A model generated the notes under the pieces. That model worked only from the letters and a program-made list of their open reading frames with translations. It was not told where the DNA came from and searched no databases. From Vicinamibacterales bacterium (GTDB taxonomy: Bacteria; Acidobacteriota; Vicinamibacteria; Vicinamibacterales; UBA8438), in assembly GCA_965263195.1 (NCBI GenBank), contig OZ253664.1, positions 2,037,045 through 2,101,044 of the forward strand: a stretch of 64,000 nucleotides of DNA. The letters run 5' to 3'. The first letter of the stretch is position 1. Every line of letters begins with the position of its first letter. Of the stretch, positions 1-10,211 are shown one piece after another. The position numbers and the translations under genes are program-made.

Positions 1-97
1 TTTGACGGTCTTGTCTGGCGCGGTCACGGCCGGGACGGTGCTTGACGCGGATTCCAATGCGGATCAAGGGGCTGAAGCGGTCTGGCCGTGTGACTGA

Positions 98-420
98 AAC
101 CGCCCCTCCGACGGCAACCAACGTCTCGGGAGGTTGTCACATCCCTCGAGCGGCACCGGCGGCGAGGATGCGCCGCGCGACATGCTGGGGGCGCGGGTGG
201 CCATCATGCGGGACGGCGCCTCCACGATCCGGCAGCGCGCGCGGGCCGACGGCAGCAATGCCTCGGCGAACGACCCGCGAATGCTCATCGGGCTCGGCAC
301 GAGCGCCGACGCGCCGCTGGTCCGGGTGCAATGGCCGAGCGGTTGGGCGGAGGAGTCGCCGGACGTCGCCATCGACGAGTGGACCACTTTACGCAACGGT
401 TCCGGCAACGCCCCGGTAGA
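98..420 (+). pseudogene. UnbV/ASPIC-like C-terminal domain remnant (CRTAC1-family fragment)
   Basis: Translation in the frame of ORF 134..1897 gives GARVAIMRDG..SNASANDPRMLIGLG..VRVQWPSGW, the pattern I associate with UnbV_ASPIC domains. An in-frame TGA lies at 95-97 just upstream, and no stop separates the fragment from the downstream methyltransferase. It looks like a decayed fragment or an assembly frameshift. Confidence 0.3.
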
Positions 421-559
421 AACATCCCCGACGCGGTCGCCCCGAGATCACATACTCTCCGGCCACCCTCCCCGCCAGCGCCCGCGCCTGTTATCAGTCT
501 GCAGGCTGCGGACGCCTGGAGACTGCTGCGCCGACCGGTCGACTAGAATCGCGGCAGCG

Positions 560-1897
560 ATGGGAATCTTCTATGAGTTTCTGCGGGACTCGAAACGGGA
601 CTGGGCATGGTTCCGCGACGTGTTGCGGCATCCAGTAGCCGCTGCCGGCCGGCTATTCTACCGCGCCGCGCTGTTGCGGTACTGGCGGCCGCAGCGGCCA
701 GGCGCCACAATCGAACGCCGGGAGCTTCTGGAGCGGACGGAGGCATACAACACCGCGGCGGAACGCTACTTCGCGGAGCACGCGGAACCACAGTTTCTCC
801 TCGACAAACCGTTCAGCGATAGCGACGGGTTTCCGCAGCACCTGATTCGGGCCGGCACCCTTATCGCGGCGGGCCGCATCCAGCCCGGGGACACCGTGGT
901 CGAGATAGGCGCCGGCACCTGCTGGCTGTCGCACTTCCTGAACCGCTACGGCTGCCGCACCGTGGCCGTCGACGTGTCCCGCACCGCGCTCAAGATTGGG
1001 AAGAAGCTCTTCGCGCGGGAGCTGTCCACGAACTGGTCGCTCGAACCGCGCTTCGTCCCGTACGACGGCCACACCCTGCCCCTCGACGACGCAACGGCCG
1101 ACTGCATCGTCGTCTACGACGCGTTCCACCACATACCGAACCAGCACGCACTCCTTACGGAGATGCATCGGATTCTCCGGCCGCGCGGCATGGTTGTCAT
1201 GTCGGAACCCGGAGTTGGACATGCCGATAAGCCGGCCAGCATCGCCGAACGCGAGACGGGCGTACTGGAGAACGAACTGGTGGTCGCGGACATAGCCGCG
1301 CTGGCCGGGGCGGTCGGCTTTCGCGACACGAGGCTGCTGGTGTCGACGCCTTACTTCCGCCACGAAATTCCGGCCGGAGAGTTGGGCAGGTTCCTGGGCG
1401 GCGGGGGATTCGCCGACTATTGGGCAAACTTCTCAGAGGGCATGACGGTGCACCACTACATCCTGATGTACGGGCGGTCGAATGTGCCGACTACCGAACG
1501 GCCCGGCGGCGTTGCGCTCTTGGCCGCTATCGGGATCGAAGAAGCGCCGCACGTTCACGACCAGTACACCGCGGGGAAGCACGGCCGGGCCGTAGTCTCG
1601 ATCGAGAACCGTGGCGACGCCGTGTGGCTGCACGCCGAAGGCAAGGGCTGGACGCGGCTGGGCGGCCATCTGTTCGCCGTGAAGAACGGCTCTCGCGAAC
1701 TCGTCGACTTCGACTGGCTGCGCGTCGAATTCGGGCAGGACATCGAGCCGGAAGACCGCATAGTCGTCGAGGTCGACCTGCCGGCCATCGAGCGTCCGGG
1801 GTCGTACGAGGTCGAATTCGACGTCGTCCTCGAGGGCGTGACCTGGTTCACCAAGCGCGGGTCGCAGCCGACCTGCCTGGGCATCACGGTCGAGTGA
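560..1897 (+). CDS. class I SAM-dependent methyltransferase with C-terminal beta-rich domain
   Basis: In-frame ATG at 560 within ORF 134..1897. Motif I VVEIGAGTCWLSHFL, then AVDVS, VVYDAFHHI and LRPRGMVVMSEP. Confidence 0.7.
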   Translation: MGIFYEFLRDSKRDWAWFRDVLRHPVAAAGRLFYRAALLRYWRPQRPGATIERRELLERTEAYNTAAERYFAEHAEPQFLLDKPFSDSDGFPQHLIRAGTLIAAGRIQPGDTVVEIGAGTCWLSHFLNRYGCRTVAVDVSRTALKIGKKLFARELSTNWSLEPRFVPYDGHTLPLDDATADCIVVYDAFHHIPNQHALLTEMHRILRPRGMVVMSEPGVGHADKPASIAERETGVLENELVVADIAALAGAVGFRDTRLLVSTPYFRHEIPAGELGRFLGGGGFADYWANFSEGMTVHHYILMYGRSNVPTTERPGGVALLAAIGIEEAPHVHDQYTAGKHGRAVVSIENRGDAVWLHAEGKGWTRLGGHLFAVKNGSRELVDFDWLRVEFGQDIEPEDRIVVEVDLPAIERPGSYEVEFDVVLEGVTWFTKRGSQPTCLGITVE

Positions 1898-2014
1898 CGG
1901 ATAGCCGGGGGAGCGCAACAGGCTCCCTGTCCGCGCCTGGTCAGGCGGACGCCCCGCTGCTCCCGGTGCGACGCGGGGTTTCACCACTGCTAGACGCGTG
2001 CTGCGCCCGGCTGG

Positions 2015-2938
2015 TTGGAATGCACGGCGCGTGACGTTACGATTCACCCATGTTGTGCGGCGGGCGGGCGCGCGCGCGAATGCCTGCGAGCGATGCGGCC
2101 GCATCACTGGGTCAAGAACGTTCTCGTATTCGCCCCCCTCGTCGCGGCGCACGAGACCCGGGCAGAGCTGTACGTGCTGGCGGCCGGACTGTTCGCGGCC
2201 ATCTCGGCCTGCGCGTCGGGCACCTACCTGCTGAACGACCTGGTCGACCTGCCGTATGACCGCCGGCACGCGACCAAGCGCCATCGCCCGCTGGCGGCCG
2301 GCCGGATTTCGTCGCGGACGGCTGTCGTCCTCGGCGCGTCGCTGGCGGCCGCCGGGCTCGCGCTGGCCCTGTGGCTGTCGGTGGCGGGCGGGCTGTGCGT
2401 CCTGCTCTACCTGGCGGTCACCAGCGTCTACTCGCTGTCGCTGAAGCGGCATATCTTCGCCGACGTCATCGCGCTCGCGGTGCTGTTCACCGTCCGCGTG
2501 GTCGCTGGCGGCGTTGCAACTGCGGTGCCCCTGTCGCCCGCGTTCCTGGCATTCTCCATCTTCGTCTTTCTGGCGCTCGCCATCGTCAAGCGTCTGTCGG
2601 AGTTCCACACGCTGCGGGCGGCGGGCTTGACGGAAGCGGGCGGGCGAGCCTACGCCGCCGACGACCTCGTCGTGCTGGCGGGGCTCGGCGCCGCCAGCAG
2701 CTTCGCCGCGGTGGCGGTGCTCACGCTCTATCCGGCCACCCCGGCCGTCGTCGAACGCTACGCCCGGCCGGACCTGCTGTGGCTCATCTGTCTGCTGCTG
2801 CTGTACTGGATGGGCCGCATGCTGCTGCTCGCCAACCGCGGCGCGGTCGGCGAGGATCCGCTGGTATTCGCGATGCGCGACCGCAGCAGCTGGCTGGTCG
2901 GTGGCGCCATGCTCGTCACGTTCCTATGCGCGTTGTGA
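2015..2938 (+). CDS. UbiA-family prenyl-phosphate phosphoribosyltransferase (decaprenyl-phosphate 5-phosphoribosyltransferase-like)
   Basis: LRAMRPHHWVKNVLVFAPLVAAH, NDLVDLPYDRRHATKRHRPLAAG (Asp-rich UbiA motif) and multiple TM helices resemble the Rv3806c family. The codon at 2015 is TTG; an alternative ATG lies at 2093. Confidence 0.7.
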   Translation: MECTARDVTIHPCCAAGGRARECLRAMRPHHWVKNVLVFAPLVAAHETRAELYVLAAGLFAAISACASGTYLLNDLVDLPYDRRHATKRHRPLAAGRISSRTAVVLGASLAAAGLALALWLSVAGGLCVLLYLAVTSVYSLSLKRHIFADVIALAVLFTVRVVAGGVATAVPLSPAFLAFSIFVFLALAIVKRLSEFHTLRAAGLTEAGGRAYAADDLVVLAGLGAASSFAAVAVLTLYPATPAVVERYARPDLLWLICLLLLYWMGRMLLLANRGAVGEDPLVFAMRDRSSWLVGGAMLVTFLCAL

Positions 2939-2957
2939 AGAGCACGGAACCGCCGGC

Positions 2958-4286
2958 ATGAAGCTCTCCGGATGGGGCCGCTATCCAGTGGTGGACTGCC
3001 GGGTCGAACAATTCGGGGGCCAACCCGATCTGCCCTACCTGCTCCACGGCGCGCCGACGCTGATCGCCCGCGGCAACGGACGGTCGTACGGCGACGCCGC
3101 CGTAAACGCCGACCTGACCCTCTCGATGCTGGGGACCAATCGAATCCTGGCGTTCGACGACGAGACCGGTCTGCTGACGTGCGAAGCGGGCGTCCTGCTC
3201 GACGACATCCTGCGGAGTTTCGTGCCGCGCGGTTGGTTCCCGCCCGTGGTGCCGGGCACCCGCTTCGTCACCGTCGGCGGCCTGATCGCCGCCGACGTCC
3301 ACGGCAAGAACCACCATCACGCCGGGACCTTCGGCGCGCACGTCGAATCGCTCACGCTGGCGGTGGCCAGCGGCGAGGTTCTGGAGTGCAGCCGCACCGC
3401 GAACGCCGACCTCCTGCGCGCAACCATCGGCGGGATGGGGCTGACCGGCGTGATTCTGTCCGCCACCTTCCGTCTGGTACCGATCGAGACCGCCTACGTC
3501 TTGCAGGAAGTGCTGCCGGCCGGCGATCTCGACGAAGCGATGGCGCTGTTCGAGGCGTCGCGCGACTGGCCCTACTCCGTGGCCTGGATCGACACGTTGG
3601 CGCGCGGCCGGGCGCTGGGGCGCGCCCTGGTGTTGCGGGGCCGGCCGCTGGTGCGCCGCGACCTGCCGGCGCGGCTCGCGCGTGATCCCCTGCGCACCGC
3701 GCCCGCTGGCGCGCTTACGGTTCCTTGCGATGCGCCGAACATGCTGCTCAACCGCGTTTCGATCGGCGTCTTCAACGCGCTCTACTATCAATTGGGCCGC
3801 GCGCGGGGCGCCGCCCGGCCGGTGCACTTCGAGCCGTTCTTCTTTCCGCTTGACCGGATCGGGGCGTGGAACCGGCTCTACGGCCGGCGCGGCTTCGTCC
3901 AGTACCAGTGCGTGCTCCCCAAGCCCCAGAGCCGCGGCATCGCGGCCCTGCTGGCGCGCATCGCCGACGCGGGGCAGAATTCATTTCTCGCTGTTCTCAA
4001 GCTGCTCGGCCCCGGACGGGCGGGGATGCTGTCGTTTCCGATGGAGGGCTATACGCTGGCGCTCGATTTTCCGCTGCGCGACGGCACGCTCGAGCTCCTC
4101 GACGCGCTCGACGCCGTCACGCACGCGCACGGCGGGCGCGTCTATCTGGCAAAGGATGCCTGCTGCACGCCCGAACGCGTGCGCCGCGGCTACCCGGAAT
4201 GGGAGGCCTTCAGCGCCGTGCGTGCCACGGCCGCCGGATCCGCGCCCAGATTCACGTCCAGCCTGTCACGAAGGCTTGCGCTGTGA
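2958..4286 (+). CDS. FAD-binding oxidoreductase, DprE1-like
   Basis: ATG at 2958. MKLSGWGRYPVV N-terminus, RGNGRSYGDAA and GGLIAADVHGKNHH are typical of FAD-linked oxidases of the DprE1 type. Confidence 0.75.
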   Translation: MKLSGWGRYPVVDCRVEQFGGQPDLPYLLHGAPTLIARGNGRSYGDAAVNADLTLSMLGTNRILAFDDETGLLTCEAGVLLDDILRSFVPRGWFPPVVPGTRFVTVGGLIAADVHGKNHHHAGTFGAHVESLTLAVASGEVLECSRTANADLLRATIGGMGLTGVILSATFRLVPIETAYVLQEVLPAGDLDEAMALFEASRDWPYSVAWIDTLARGRALGRALVLRGRPLVRRDLPARLARDPLRTAPAGALTVPCDAPNMLLNRVSIGVFNALYYQLGRARGAARPVHFEPFFFPLDRIGAWNRLYGRRGFVQYQCVLPKPQSRGIAALLARIADAGQNSFLAVLKLLGPGRAGMLSFPMEGYTLALDFPLRDGTLELLDALDAVTHAHGGRVYLAKDACCTPERVRRGYPEWEAFSAVRATAAGSAPRFTSSLSRRLAL

Positions 4287-5026
4287 CCGGCGGCAGCGGC
4301 ACGGCGCTGATCATCGGCGCCACCTCGGATATCGGCCGCGCGATTGCGCGGCGGCTGGCCGCGGACGGGTACGCGCTGCAGCTGGCCGCGCGCGATGCGA
4401 CCCGGCTGGAGGAAGAGGCCGTGGACATCCGGTCGCGGTCCGGCGCCGCGGTGACGACGCAGCACTGCGACGTGCTCGAGACGGACGGCGGCGGCGCGCT
4501 GCTCGCGCGGCTCGATCCGTTGCCGGACGTGGCGATCTGCGCGGTCGGGTTGCTCGGCGATCAGCGCCGGAGCGAGCAGGACGGCGCCGCGGCGGAGCGG
4601 GTCATGCGCACCAACTACGTCGGTCCCGCGCTGCTGCTGGCCGCAGTCGCCGAGCGCTTCGCGCAGCGCGGCAGCGGCATCCTGGTCGGCGTCAGCTCGG
4701 TCGCCGGCGACCGCGGGCGCGCCGCGAACTACGTCTACGGATCGGCCAAGGCGGGCTTCACGGCGTTTCTGTCCGGCCTGCGCAACCGCCTGGCGCGGTC
4801 CGGCGTCCACGTGCTGACCGTCAAGCCCGGCTTCGTGCGTACGCGCATGACCGCCGGGATGAACCTGCCGGCGCGCCTGACCGCAACACCGGATGAGGTC
4901 GCCGCCGCGGTTGCCGAAGCGCTGCGCACGGGCCGCGACGTCGTCTACGTGCGGTGGATATGGCGGCTGATCATGTTGGCCGTCCGCGCCATACCGGAGC
5001 GCGTCTTCAAACGGATGAAGATGTGA
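4283..5026 (+). CDS. short-chain dehydrogenase/reductase, DprE2-like
   Basis: GTG at 4283 overlaps the upstream stop (GTGA). TALIIGATSDIGRAIARRL Rossmann motif; YGSAKAG catalytic YxxxK. Confidence 0.7.
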   Translation: MTGGSGTALIIGATSDIGRAIARRLAADGYALQLAARDATRLEEEAVDIRSRSGAAVTTQHCDVLETDGGGALLARLDPLPDVAICAVGLLGDQRRSEQDGAAAERVMRTNYVGPALLLAAVAERFAQRGSGILVGVSSVAGDRGRAANYVYGSAKAGFTAFLSGLRNRLARSGVHVLTVKPGFVRTRMTAGMNLPARLTATPDEVAAAVAEALRTGRDVVYVRWIWRLIMLAVRAIPERVFKRMKM

Positions 5027-6402
5027 TGAAGACCTGGGCCGGCCTCCTGCTCCTGGCGTTGCTGGTCATCTACCTGCCCGACATCGGCCACGGATTCATC
5101 AAGGACGACTTCGTCTGGATCGAGCAGAACCAGGCGCGCGGCCTGACCGACCTGCTCGCTCCGTTCACGGACGCCCCCGACTTCTACCGCCCGCTCGTCG
5201 CGCTGAGCTTCGCCGCCGACTGGTGGCTGTTCGGCGCGGATCCGCTCGGCTACGGGCTGACCAACCTGGCGTTCCTGCTGGCGGGCGCCGCCGTCCTTTG
5301 GAGCCTCGCAGGTACGCTCGGGCTGTCACGGGGCGCAGCCCTCGCCTGCACCGCGCTCTGGACCCTGAACTTCCACGGGATCAACATGGCGCTGCTATGG
5401 ATCAGCGGCCGCACGTCGCTGCTCGCGACGCTGTTCTCGTTGCTGGCGGCACGCGCCTTCGTGCGCGGGGCGGGACCGTGGGCGGCCGGCTGTGCGCTGC
5501 TGGCCATGCTGTCCAAGGAGGAGGCGGTCCTGCTGCCGTTCGTGCTGCTCGCGTGGGCCGCGCTGCGGCCAACCGGCGCGGACGATGCGGAGCCGTTGCG
5601 GATCGATTTGCGGCCCGCCGCGCGGCGGGCCTGGCCGCTCTTCGCCATGCTGGCGATCTATCTCGCGGTGCGGACGACCGCGGGCGGGATGACGCCGGCC
5701 ACGGCGCCGGCGGCCTATCAGTTCACGCAGGATCCCCTGGCGATTGGCCGCAACGTGCTCGAGTATCTCGACCGGTCGGCCACCCTCTCGGCAGCGGCGG
5801 TGCTGGTCATGGCGCTGGCGGCCGCCACCCTGCCCCGACCGACTCTTCAGCAGAAGCGACTGGCGGTGATGGGGGTCGTATGGATGATCGGACATCTTGG
5901 CCTCGCGGTGCTTCTGCCGATCCGCTCGAGCCTCTACGCCGTTGGTCCGTCAGCGGGCGCGGCGCTCGCAGGGGCCGCCCTGCTGGCGTCGGTCTGGCAG
6001 CGTGCCAGCCCCGGCGGCCAGCGCCGGATGCTGGGCTTGGCGGTGGCCATAGCCATGCTGACGGTACCGGTCCACTGGTCGCGCAACGAGCGCTGGGTCG
6101 CGCCGGCCGATCTGTCCGCGCACGTGCTGGACGAGATAGCGCCGGTCGCGGCGGCCCTGCCGCCGCACGGGGTGCTGCAGCTGGACGACGACCGGGGCGC
6201 CCGGGCAAACCTCGATTCCAGCTTCGGGACGCTGCTGGCCAACGCCGTACGGGTGCACACCGGTCTTGACCGGCGCGTCTGGATCGAGCCGCCGGTCGTC
6301 GCCTGGGAAGCGGGCGGGCTCGCGCCGCCCGCCGCGGAGGATGTCGCCGCGCGATTTGCGCTACGCGACGGCGCGTTGGTCCGGGTGTCGAGCGCGCCGT
6401 AG
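5026..6402 (+). CDS. polytopic membrane glycosyltransferase-like protein (GT-C/PMT-like fold suspected)
   Basis: ATG at 5026 overlaps the upstream TGA (ATGA). About 10 predicted TM helices, an early loop motif FIKDDFVW (the DD motif typical of GT-C enzymes) and a C-terminal soluble domain. Confidence 0.5.
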   Translation: MKTWAGLLLLALLVIYLPDIGHGFIKDDFVWIEQNQARGLTDLLAPFTDAPDFYRPLVALSFAADWWLFGADPLGYGLTNLAFLLAGAAVLWSLAGTLGLSRGAALACTALWTLNFHGINMALLWISGRTSLLATLFSLLAARAFVRGAGPWAAGCALLAMLSKEEAVLLPFVLLAWAALRPTGADDAEPLRIDLRPAARRAWPLFAMLAIYLAVRTTAGGMTPATAPAAYQFTQDPLAIGRNVLEYLDRSATLSAAAVLVMALAAATLPRPTLQQKRLAVMGVVWMIGHLGLAVLLPIRSSLYAVGPSAGAALAGAALLASVWQRASPGGQRRMLGLAVAIAMLTVPVHWSRNERWVAPADLSAHVLDEIAPVAAALPPHGVLQLDDDRGARANLDSSFGTLLANAVRVHTGLDRRVWIEPPVVAWEAGGLAPPAAEDVAARFALRDGALVRVSSAP

Positions 6403-6429
6403 CCGGCGCGGCGGAGCTGACGCGCCGGC
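6402..6429 (+). terminator. GC-rich hairpin directly after the stop codon
   Basis: Perfect 9-bp stem GCCGGCGCG (6402-6410) / CGCGCCGGC (6421-6429) with a 10-nt loop. There is no T-tract, as is common in high-GC genomes. Confidence 0.3.
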
Positions 6430-6472
6430 GCCGCGCGGCCGGGCCGCACCGCGCTTGTGGCGGGTGGCCGGT

Positions 6473-6489
6473 ACCGATAGTCTATCGGT
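6473..6489. promoter_or_regulatory. perfect palindrome ACCGATAG-T-CTATCGGT upstream of coxS (candidate operator)
   Basis: 8-nt inverted arms around a single central base, located 20 nt upstream of the coxS ATG and just before the GGGAGG Shine-Dalgarno (6499-6504). Confidence 0.35.
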
Positions 6490-6508
6490 GAAATTCAAGG
6501 GAGGACGG

Positions 6509-6979
6509 ATGGCCCACGTTTCGATCACGGTCAACGGCAAGCGGCGCACGGCCGACGTGGAGCCGCGTCTGCTGCTGGTCCATTTCTTGCGCGAACACCT
6601 CAACCTGACCGGCGCGCACGTCGGGTGCGACACCAGCCAGTGCGGCGCCTGCACCGTCCTGTTCGACGGGCGCAGCGCGAAGTCGTGCACCATCTTCGCC
6701 GTGCAGGCCGACGGCTCCGAGGTCACGACCATCGAGGCGCTGGCGGACGGCGACCGGCTCCACCCGCTGCAGGAGGGGTTCTGGGAAGAGCACGGCCTGC
6801 AATGCGGCTACTGCACGCCCGGCATGATCATGTCGGCAGTCAACCTGCTGAACGACAACCCGGCGCCGACGGAGCAGGAGATCCGGGACGGTCTGGACGG
6901 CAACTTCTGCCGCTGCACCGGCTACCAGCACATCGTCAACGCGATTCAGCACGCCGCAGACCACGCGGACGACAAATAG
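6509..6979 (+). CDS. coxS: (2Fe-2S)-binding small subunit of a molybdenum hydroxylase (CoxS-like)
   Basis: [13 protein letters not shown].., [11 protein letters not shown] and [10 protein letters not shown] cysteine clusters; a GGGAGG SD precedes the ATG at 6509. Confidence 0.9.
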   Translation: MAHVSITVNGKRRTADVEPRLLLVHFLREHLNLTGAHVGCDTSQCGACTVLFDGRSAKSCTIFAVQADGSEVTTIEALADGDRLHPLQEGFWEEHGLQCGYCTPGMIMSAVNLLNDNPAPTEQEIRDGLDGNFCRCTGYQHIVNAIQHAADHADDK

Positions 6980-6984
6980 ACGGC

Positions 6985-9348
6985 ATGGCGGCGTCTCCGG
7001 TACTGCCGAAGCTCGTTGGCCAGCGCGTCAAGCGGCGTGAGGATCCGCGGCTGATCCAGGGCCGCGGCACCTACGTCGACGACATCAAGATCGTCGGTCT
7101 GCAGCATCTGGCGTTCAAGCGCAGCGATGTCGCGCACGGCCGGATCCTGGCCATCGACACCACTGCCGCGGAGGCGCTCGACGGCGTCGAGGCGGTCTTC
7201 ACCGGCGCGCAGCTCGCGGAGTTCCTCGACCCCATGCCGGTGGCGACGCCGTTTCCCTCGCCGGAGCATCGCGCGGTCGCCACCGACGTGGTCCGCTTCG
7301 TCGGCGATCCGGTCGCCGTCGTCGTGGCCCGCGACCGCTACGTGGCGCGCGACGCGGTCGACGCCATCACCGTCGACTACGACCCGCTGCCGGCGGTGGT
7401 CGATCCCGAGGAAGCGCTGACCGGGCGGCCGGCAGTACTGCACGCCGACTTTCCGAACAACCGGGCGGTCGGGCCGCTCCCGGCCGGTACCGGCGTCGGG
7501 CGCAAGGGGCAGGTGGACGACAGCGCCATTGACGAGGCCTTCGCCGCGGCTGACGTCGTGCTCTCGCAGCGCATGGTGAACCAGCGGCTCGCGCCGACGG
7601 CGATCGAACCGCGCGGTGTCGTGGCGCACTACGAGCCGGGCAAGGAAGCGCTGACCATCTGGTCATCCACGCAGAACCCGCACATCCTGCGCACCTACGT
7701 CGCCAGGATGACCGGCCTGGGCCAGGACCGCGTGCGGGCCATCGCGCCGGAGGTCGGCGGCGGCTTCGGCGCGAAGATCAACATCTACGGCGAGGAGTAC
7801 GTGGCGGCGGCGGTCTCGAAGCGACTCGGCCTCCCGGTCAAGTGGGTGGAGGATCGGTCGGAAGCGTTCGTCTCGACGATTCACGGCCGCGGCATCATCG
7901 GCTACGTCGACGTCGCCGCTCGGCGCGACGGCAAGGTGCTCGGCCTGAAGCTGCGGCTCGTCGCCGACATCGGCGCCTACAACATGCTGCTCACAGCCGT
8001 CATCCCGACGCATACGATGAGGATGGCGAACGGCACGTACGCCTTCCCCGCCGTGCGGGCGACGCTCACCGAGGTGTTCACCAACAAGACCCCGACCGAC
8101 GCCTACCGCGGCGCAGGGCGCCCCGAGGCGGCCTATTTCGTCGAGCGGGCCATGGACATGCTCGCGCGGGAGCTCGGCATGGACCCTGCCGACTTGCGCC
8201 GGAAGAACTTCATCCAGCCGGATCAGTTCCCCTACAAGACGCAGACGGGCGCCCTGTACGACTCCGGCGACTACGAGAAAGCGCTCGACCGCGCGCTGGA
8301 GAAGGCCGGCTGGGAACAGCTCAAGGCCGAGCGGGACGCGGCCCGTGCGGAAGGTCGCCTGGTCGGACTGGGCCTGGCGATGTATGTTGAGGTCTGCGGC
8401 CTCGGGCCGTCCGCCAGGCTCCCGCAAGGCGGCTGGGAGCACGCCCAGGTGACCGTCGAGCGCGACGGGCGGATCAGCGCCACGACAGGGGTGTCGCCGC
8501 ACGGGCAGGGCAACGAGACAACCTTTGCCCAGATGCTCGGCGACCAGTTCGGCGTGCCGCTCGAACACGTGACCATTCACCACGGCGACACGGCCGTCGT
8601 GAAGCAGGGCATCGGGACCTTCGGCAGCCGCTCGCAGGCGGTAGGCGGCGCGGCGCTGCACCTCGCCGGCGGCAAGGTCAAGGCGAAGATGGCAAAGTTC
8701 GCCGCGGCGCTGCTGGAGGCGCACGAGGCGGACCTGGTGTTCGAGAACGGCCGGATCACGGTGGCCGGCGCCCCGACCGCCGCGAAATCGTTCGCCGAGG
8801 TGGCGGCGTTCGCCTACCGGCCGACCCGGCTGCCCGAGGGGCTCGACCCGGGGCTGAGCGACGAGGCGTTCTTCGAGCCGAGCAACAACACCTACCCCTT
8901 CGGCTGCCACATCGCGATGCTGGAAGTGGACCGCGACACCGGCGAGCCGCGTCTTCTCCGCATGGTTGCGGTCGACGACGCCGGCAACCTGATCAATCCG
9001 CTGATCGTCGAGGGCCAGATACACGGCGGGCTGGCGCAGGGCATCGGGCAGGCGCTGGTGGAAGAGGTCGTCTACGGCGACGACGGCCAGCCGCTGACCG
9101 GCTCGTTCATGGACTACGCCATTCCGCGCGCCAGCGACTTCCCGCGCTTCGAGCTCGACAACACCGTGACGCCGACGCCGGTCAACCCGCTCGGCGCCAA
9201 GGGGGTCGGCGAGGCGGGGACGATCGGTTCGACGCCGTGCATCGTCGCGGCCGCCGTCGACGCCCTGAGCGGATTCGGCGTGCGGCACATCAACATGATG
9301 CTGCGGCCCGAGAAGCTGTGGCGCATCATTCACGGAGGCCAAGCGTGA
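6985..9348 (+). CDS. coxL: molybdopterin-binding large subunit, form-II CoxL-like
   Basis: ATG at 6985. [28 protein letters not shown]-terminus. The active-site loop reads AYRGAGR (form II), not the AYxCSFR of true CO dehydrogenases. Confidence 0.9.
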   Translation: MAASPVLPKLVGQRVKRREDPRLIQGRGTYVDDIKIVGLQHLAFKRSDVAHGRILAIDTTAAEALDGVEAVFTGAQLAEFLDPMPVATPFPSPEHRAVATDVVRFVGDPVAVVVARDRYVARDAVDAITVDYDPLPAVVDPEEALTGRPAVLHADFPNNRAVGPLPAGTGVGRKGQVDDSAIDEAFAAADVVLSQRMVNQRLAPTAIEPRGVVAHYEPGKEALTIWSSTQNPHILRTYVARMTGLGQDRVRAIAPEVGGGFGAKINIYGEEYVAAAVSKRLGLPVKWVEDRSEAFVSTIHGRGIIGYVDVAARRDGKVLGLKLRLVADIGAYNMLLTAVIPTHTMRMANGTYAFPAVRATLTEVFTNKTPTDAYRGAGRPEAAYFVERAMDMLARELGMDPADLRRKNFIQPDQFPYKTQTGALYDSGDYEKALDRALEKAGWEQLKAERDAARAEGRLVGLGLAMYVEVCGLGPSARLPQGGWEHAQVTVERDGRISATTGVSPHGQGNETTFAQMLGDQFGVPLEHVTIHHGDTAVVKQGIGTFGSRSQAVGGAALHLAGGKVKAKMAKFAAALLEAHEADLVFENGRITVAGAPTAAKSFAEVAAFAYRPTRLPEGLDPGLSDEAFFEPSNNTYPFGCHIAMLEVDRDTGEPRLLRMVAVDDAGNLINPLIVEGQIHGGLAQGIGQALVEEVVYGDDGQPLTGSFMDYAIPRASDFPRFELDNTVTPTPVNPLGAKGVGEAGTIGSTPCIVAAAVDALSGFGVRHINMMLRPEKLWRIIHGGQA

Positions 9349-10211
9349 TTCCGACCGCATTCGAATACGAGCGGGCCACCTCGCTCGACGACGCCATCGC
9401 ACGTCTCCAGGCCGCCGGCGCCGCCGGCAAGCTGCTTGCCGGCGGGCACAGCCTCGTGCCGCTGATGAAGCTGCGGCTGAGCGAGCCGGCGGTGCTGATC
9501 GACATCGCCCACATCCCGGACTTCGCCGGCATCCGGGAAGCCGGCGGCCTGATCGAGATCGGCGCCGGGACTACGCACCATGAGGTAGCGACGTCCGCCC
9601 TGCTGCGCGACCACTGCCGCGTCGTGGCCAACACCGCCGCCGTCATCGGCGATCCGCAGGTCCGCAACCGCGGCACGCTCGGCGGCAGCCTGGCGCACGC
9701 AGACCCGGCCGCCGACTATCCCGCCGCCATGCTGGCTGTCGACGCCGACCTGCACCTGAAGGGGCCCGGCGGATGGCGGGTCGTGAAGGCGCGCGATTTC
9801 TTCCAGGGTTTCTTCACGGTCGATCTCGCGGAGGATGAGATCCTCGCGAAGGTGACCTTCGCCCCGGCCCCCGCCTCGGCCTACGCGAAGCTGCACCAGC
9901 GCGCGTCGCGCTTCGCCATCGTGGGCGTGGCGGCGGTGCTGGACGCGGGCGACGGCGTCATCCGCTCGGCGCGCGTCGGCCTGACCGGCGCCGCGGCGTG
10001 CCCATCCCGCCTGGCGGCGGTCGAGTCCGCGCTCCAGGGGCAACCCGCGACGGCGGAGACCGCGGCGTCCGCGGCCCGTGGCGCCGCGGACGGGGTCGAC
10101 GACCTCAACGCCGACATCCACGGCAGCGCCGAGTACCGGCGCGCCATGATCCCCGTCTTCACCCGGCGCGCGCTCGACGCCGCGCTGGCGCGCGCGGGCC
10201 AGGTCTCATGA
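9345..10211 (+). CDS. coxM: FAD-binding medium subunit (CoxM-like)
   Basis: GTG at 9345 overlaps the coxL stop (GTGA). VIPTAFEYERATSLDDAIARL.., LLAGGHSLVPLMKLRL. Confidence 0.9.
   Translation: MIPTAFEYERATSLDDAIARLQAAGAAGKLLAGGHSLVPLMKLRLSEPAVLIDIAHIPDFAGIREAGGLIEIGAGTTHHEVATSALLRDHCRVVANTAAVIGDPQVRNRGTLGGSLAHADPAADYPAAMLAVDADLHLKGPGGWRVVKARDFFQGFFTVDLAEDEILAKVTFAPAPASAYAKLHQRASRFAIVGVAAVLDAGDGVIRSARVGLTGAAACPSRLAAVESALQGQPATAETAASAARGAADGVDDLNADIHGSAEYRRAMIPVFTRRALDAALARAGQVS

Noticed and set aside
134-559. N-terminal 142 codons of track ORF 134..1897
   Set aside because: This part looks like a remnant of a different (UnbV/ASPIC-like) domain, and the methyltransferase fold begins after the internal ATG at 560. 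I treated it as a separate decayed fragment rather than a fusion protein, although a true fusion cannot be excluded.
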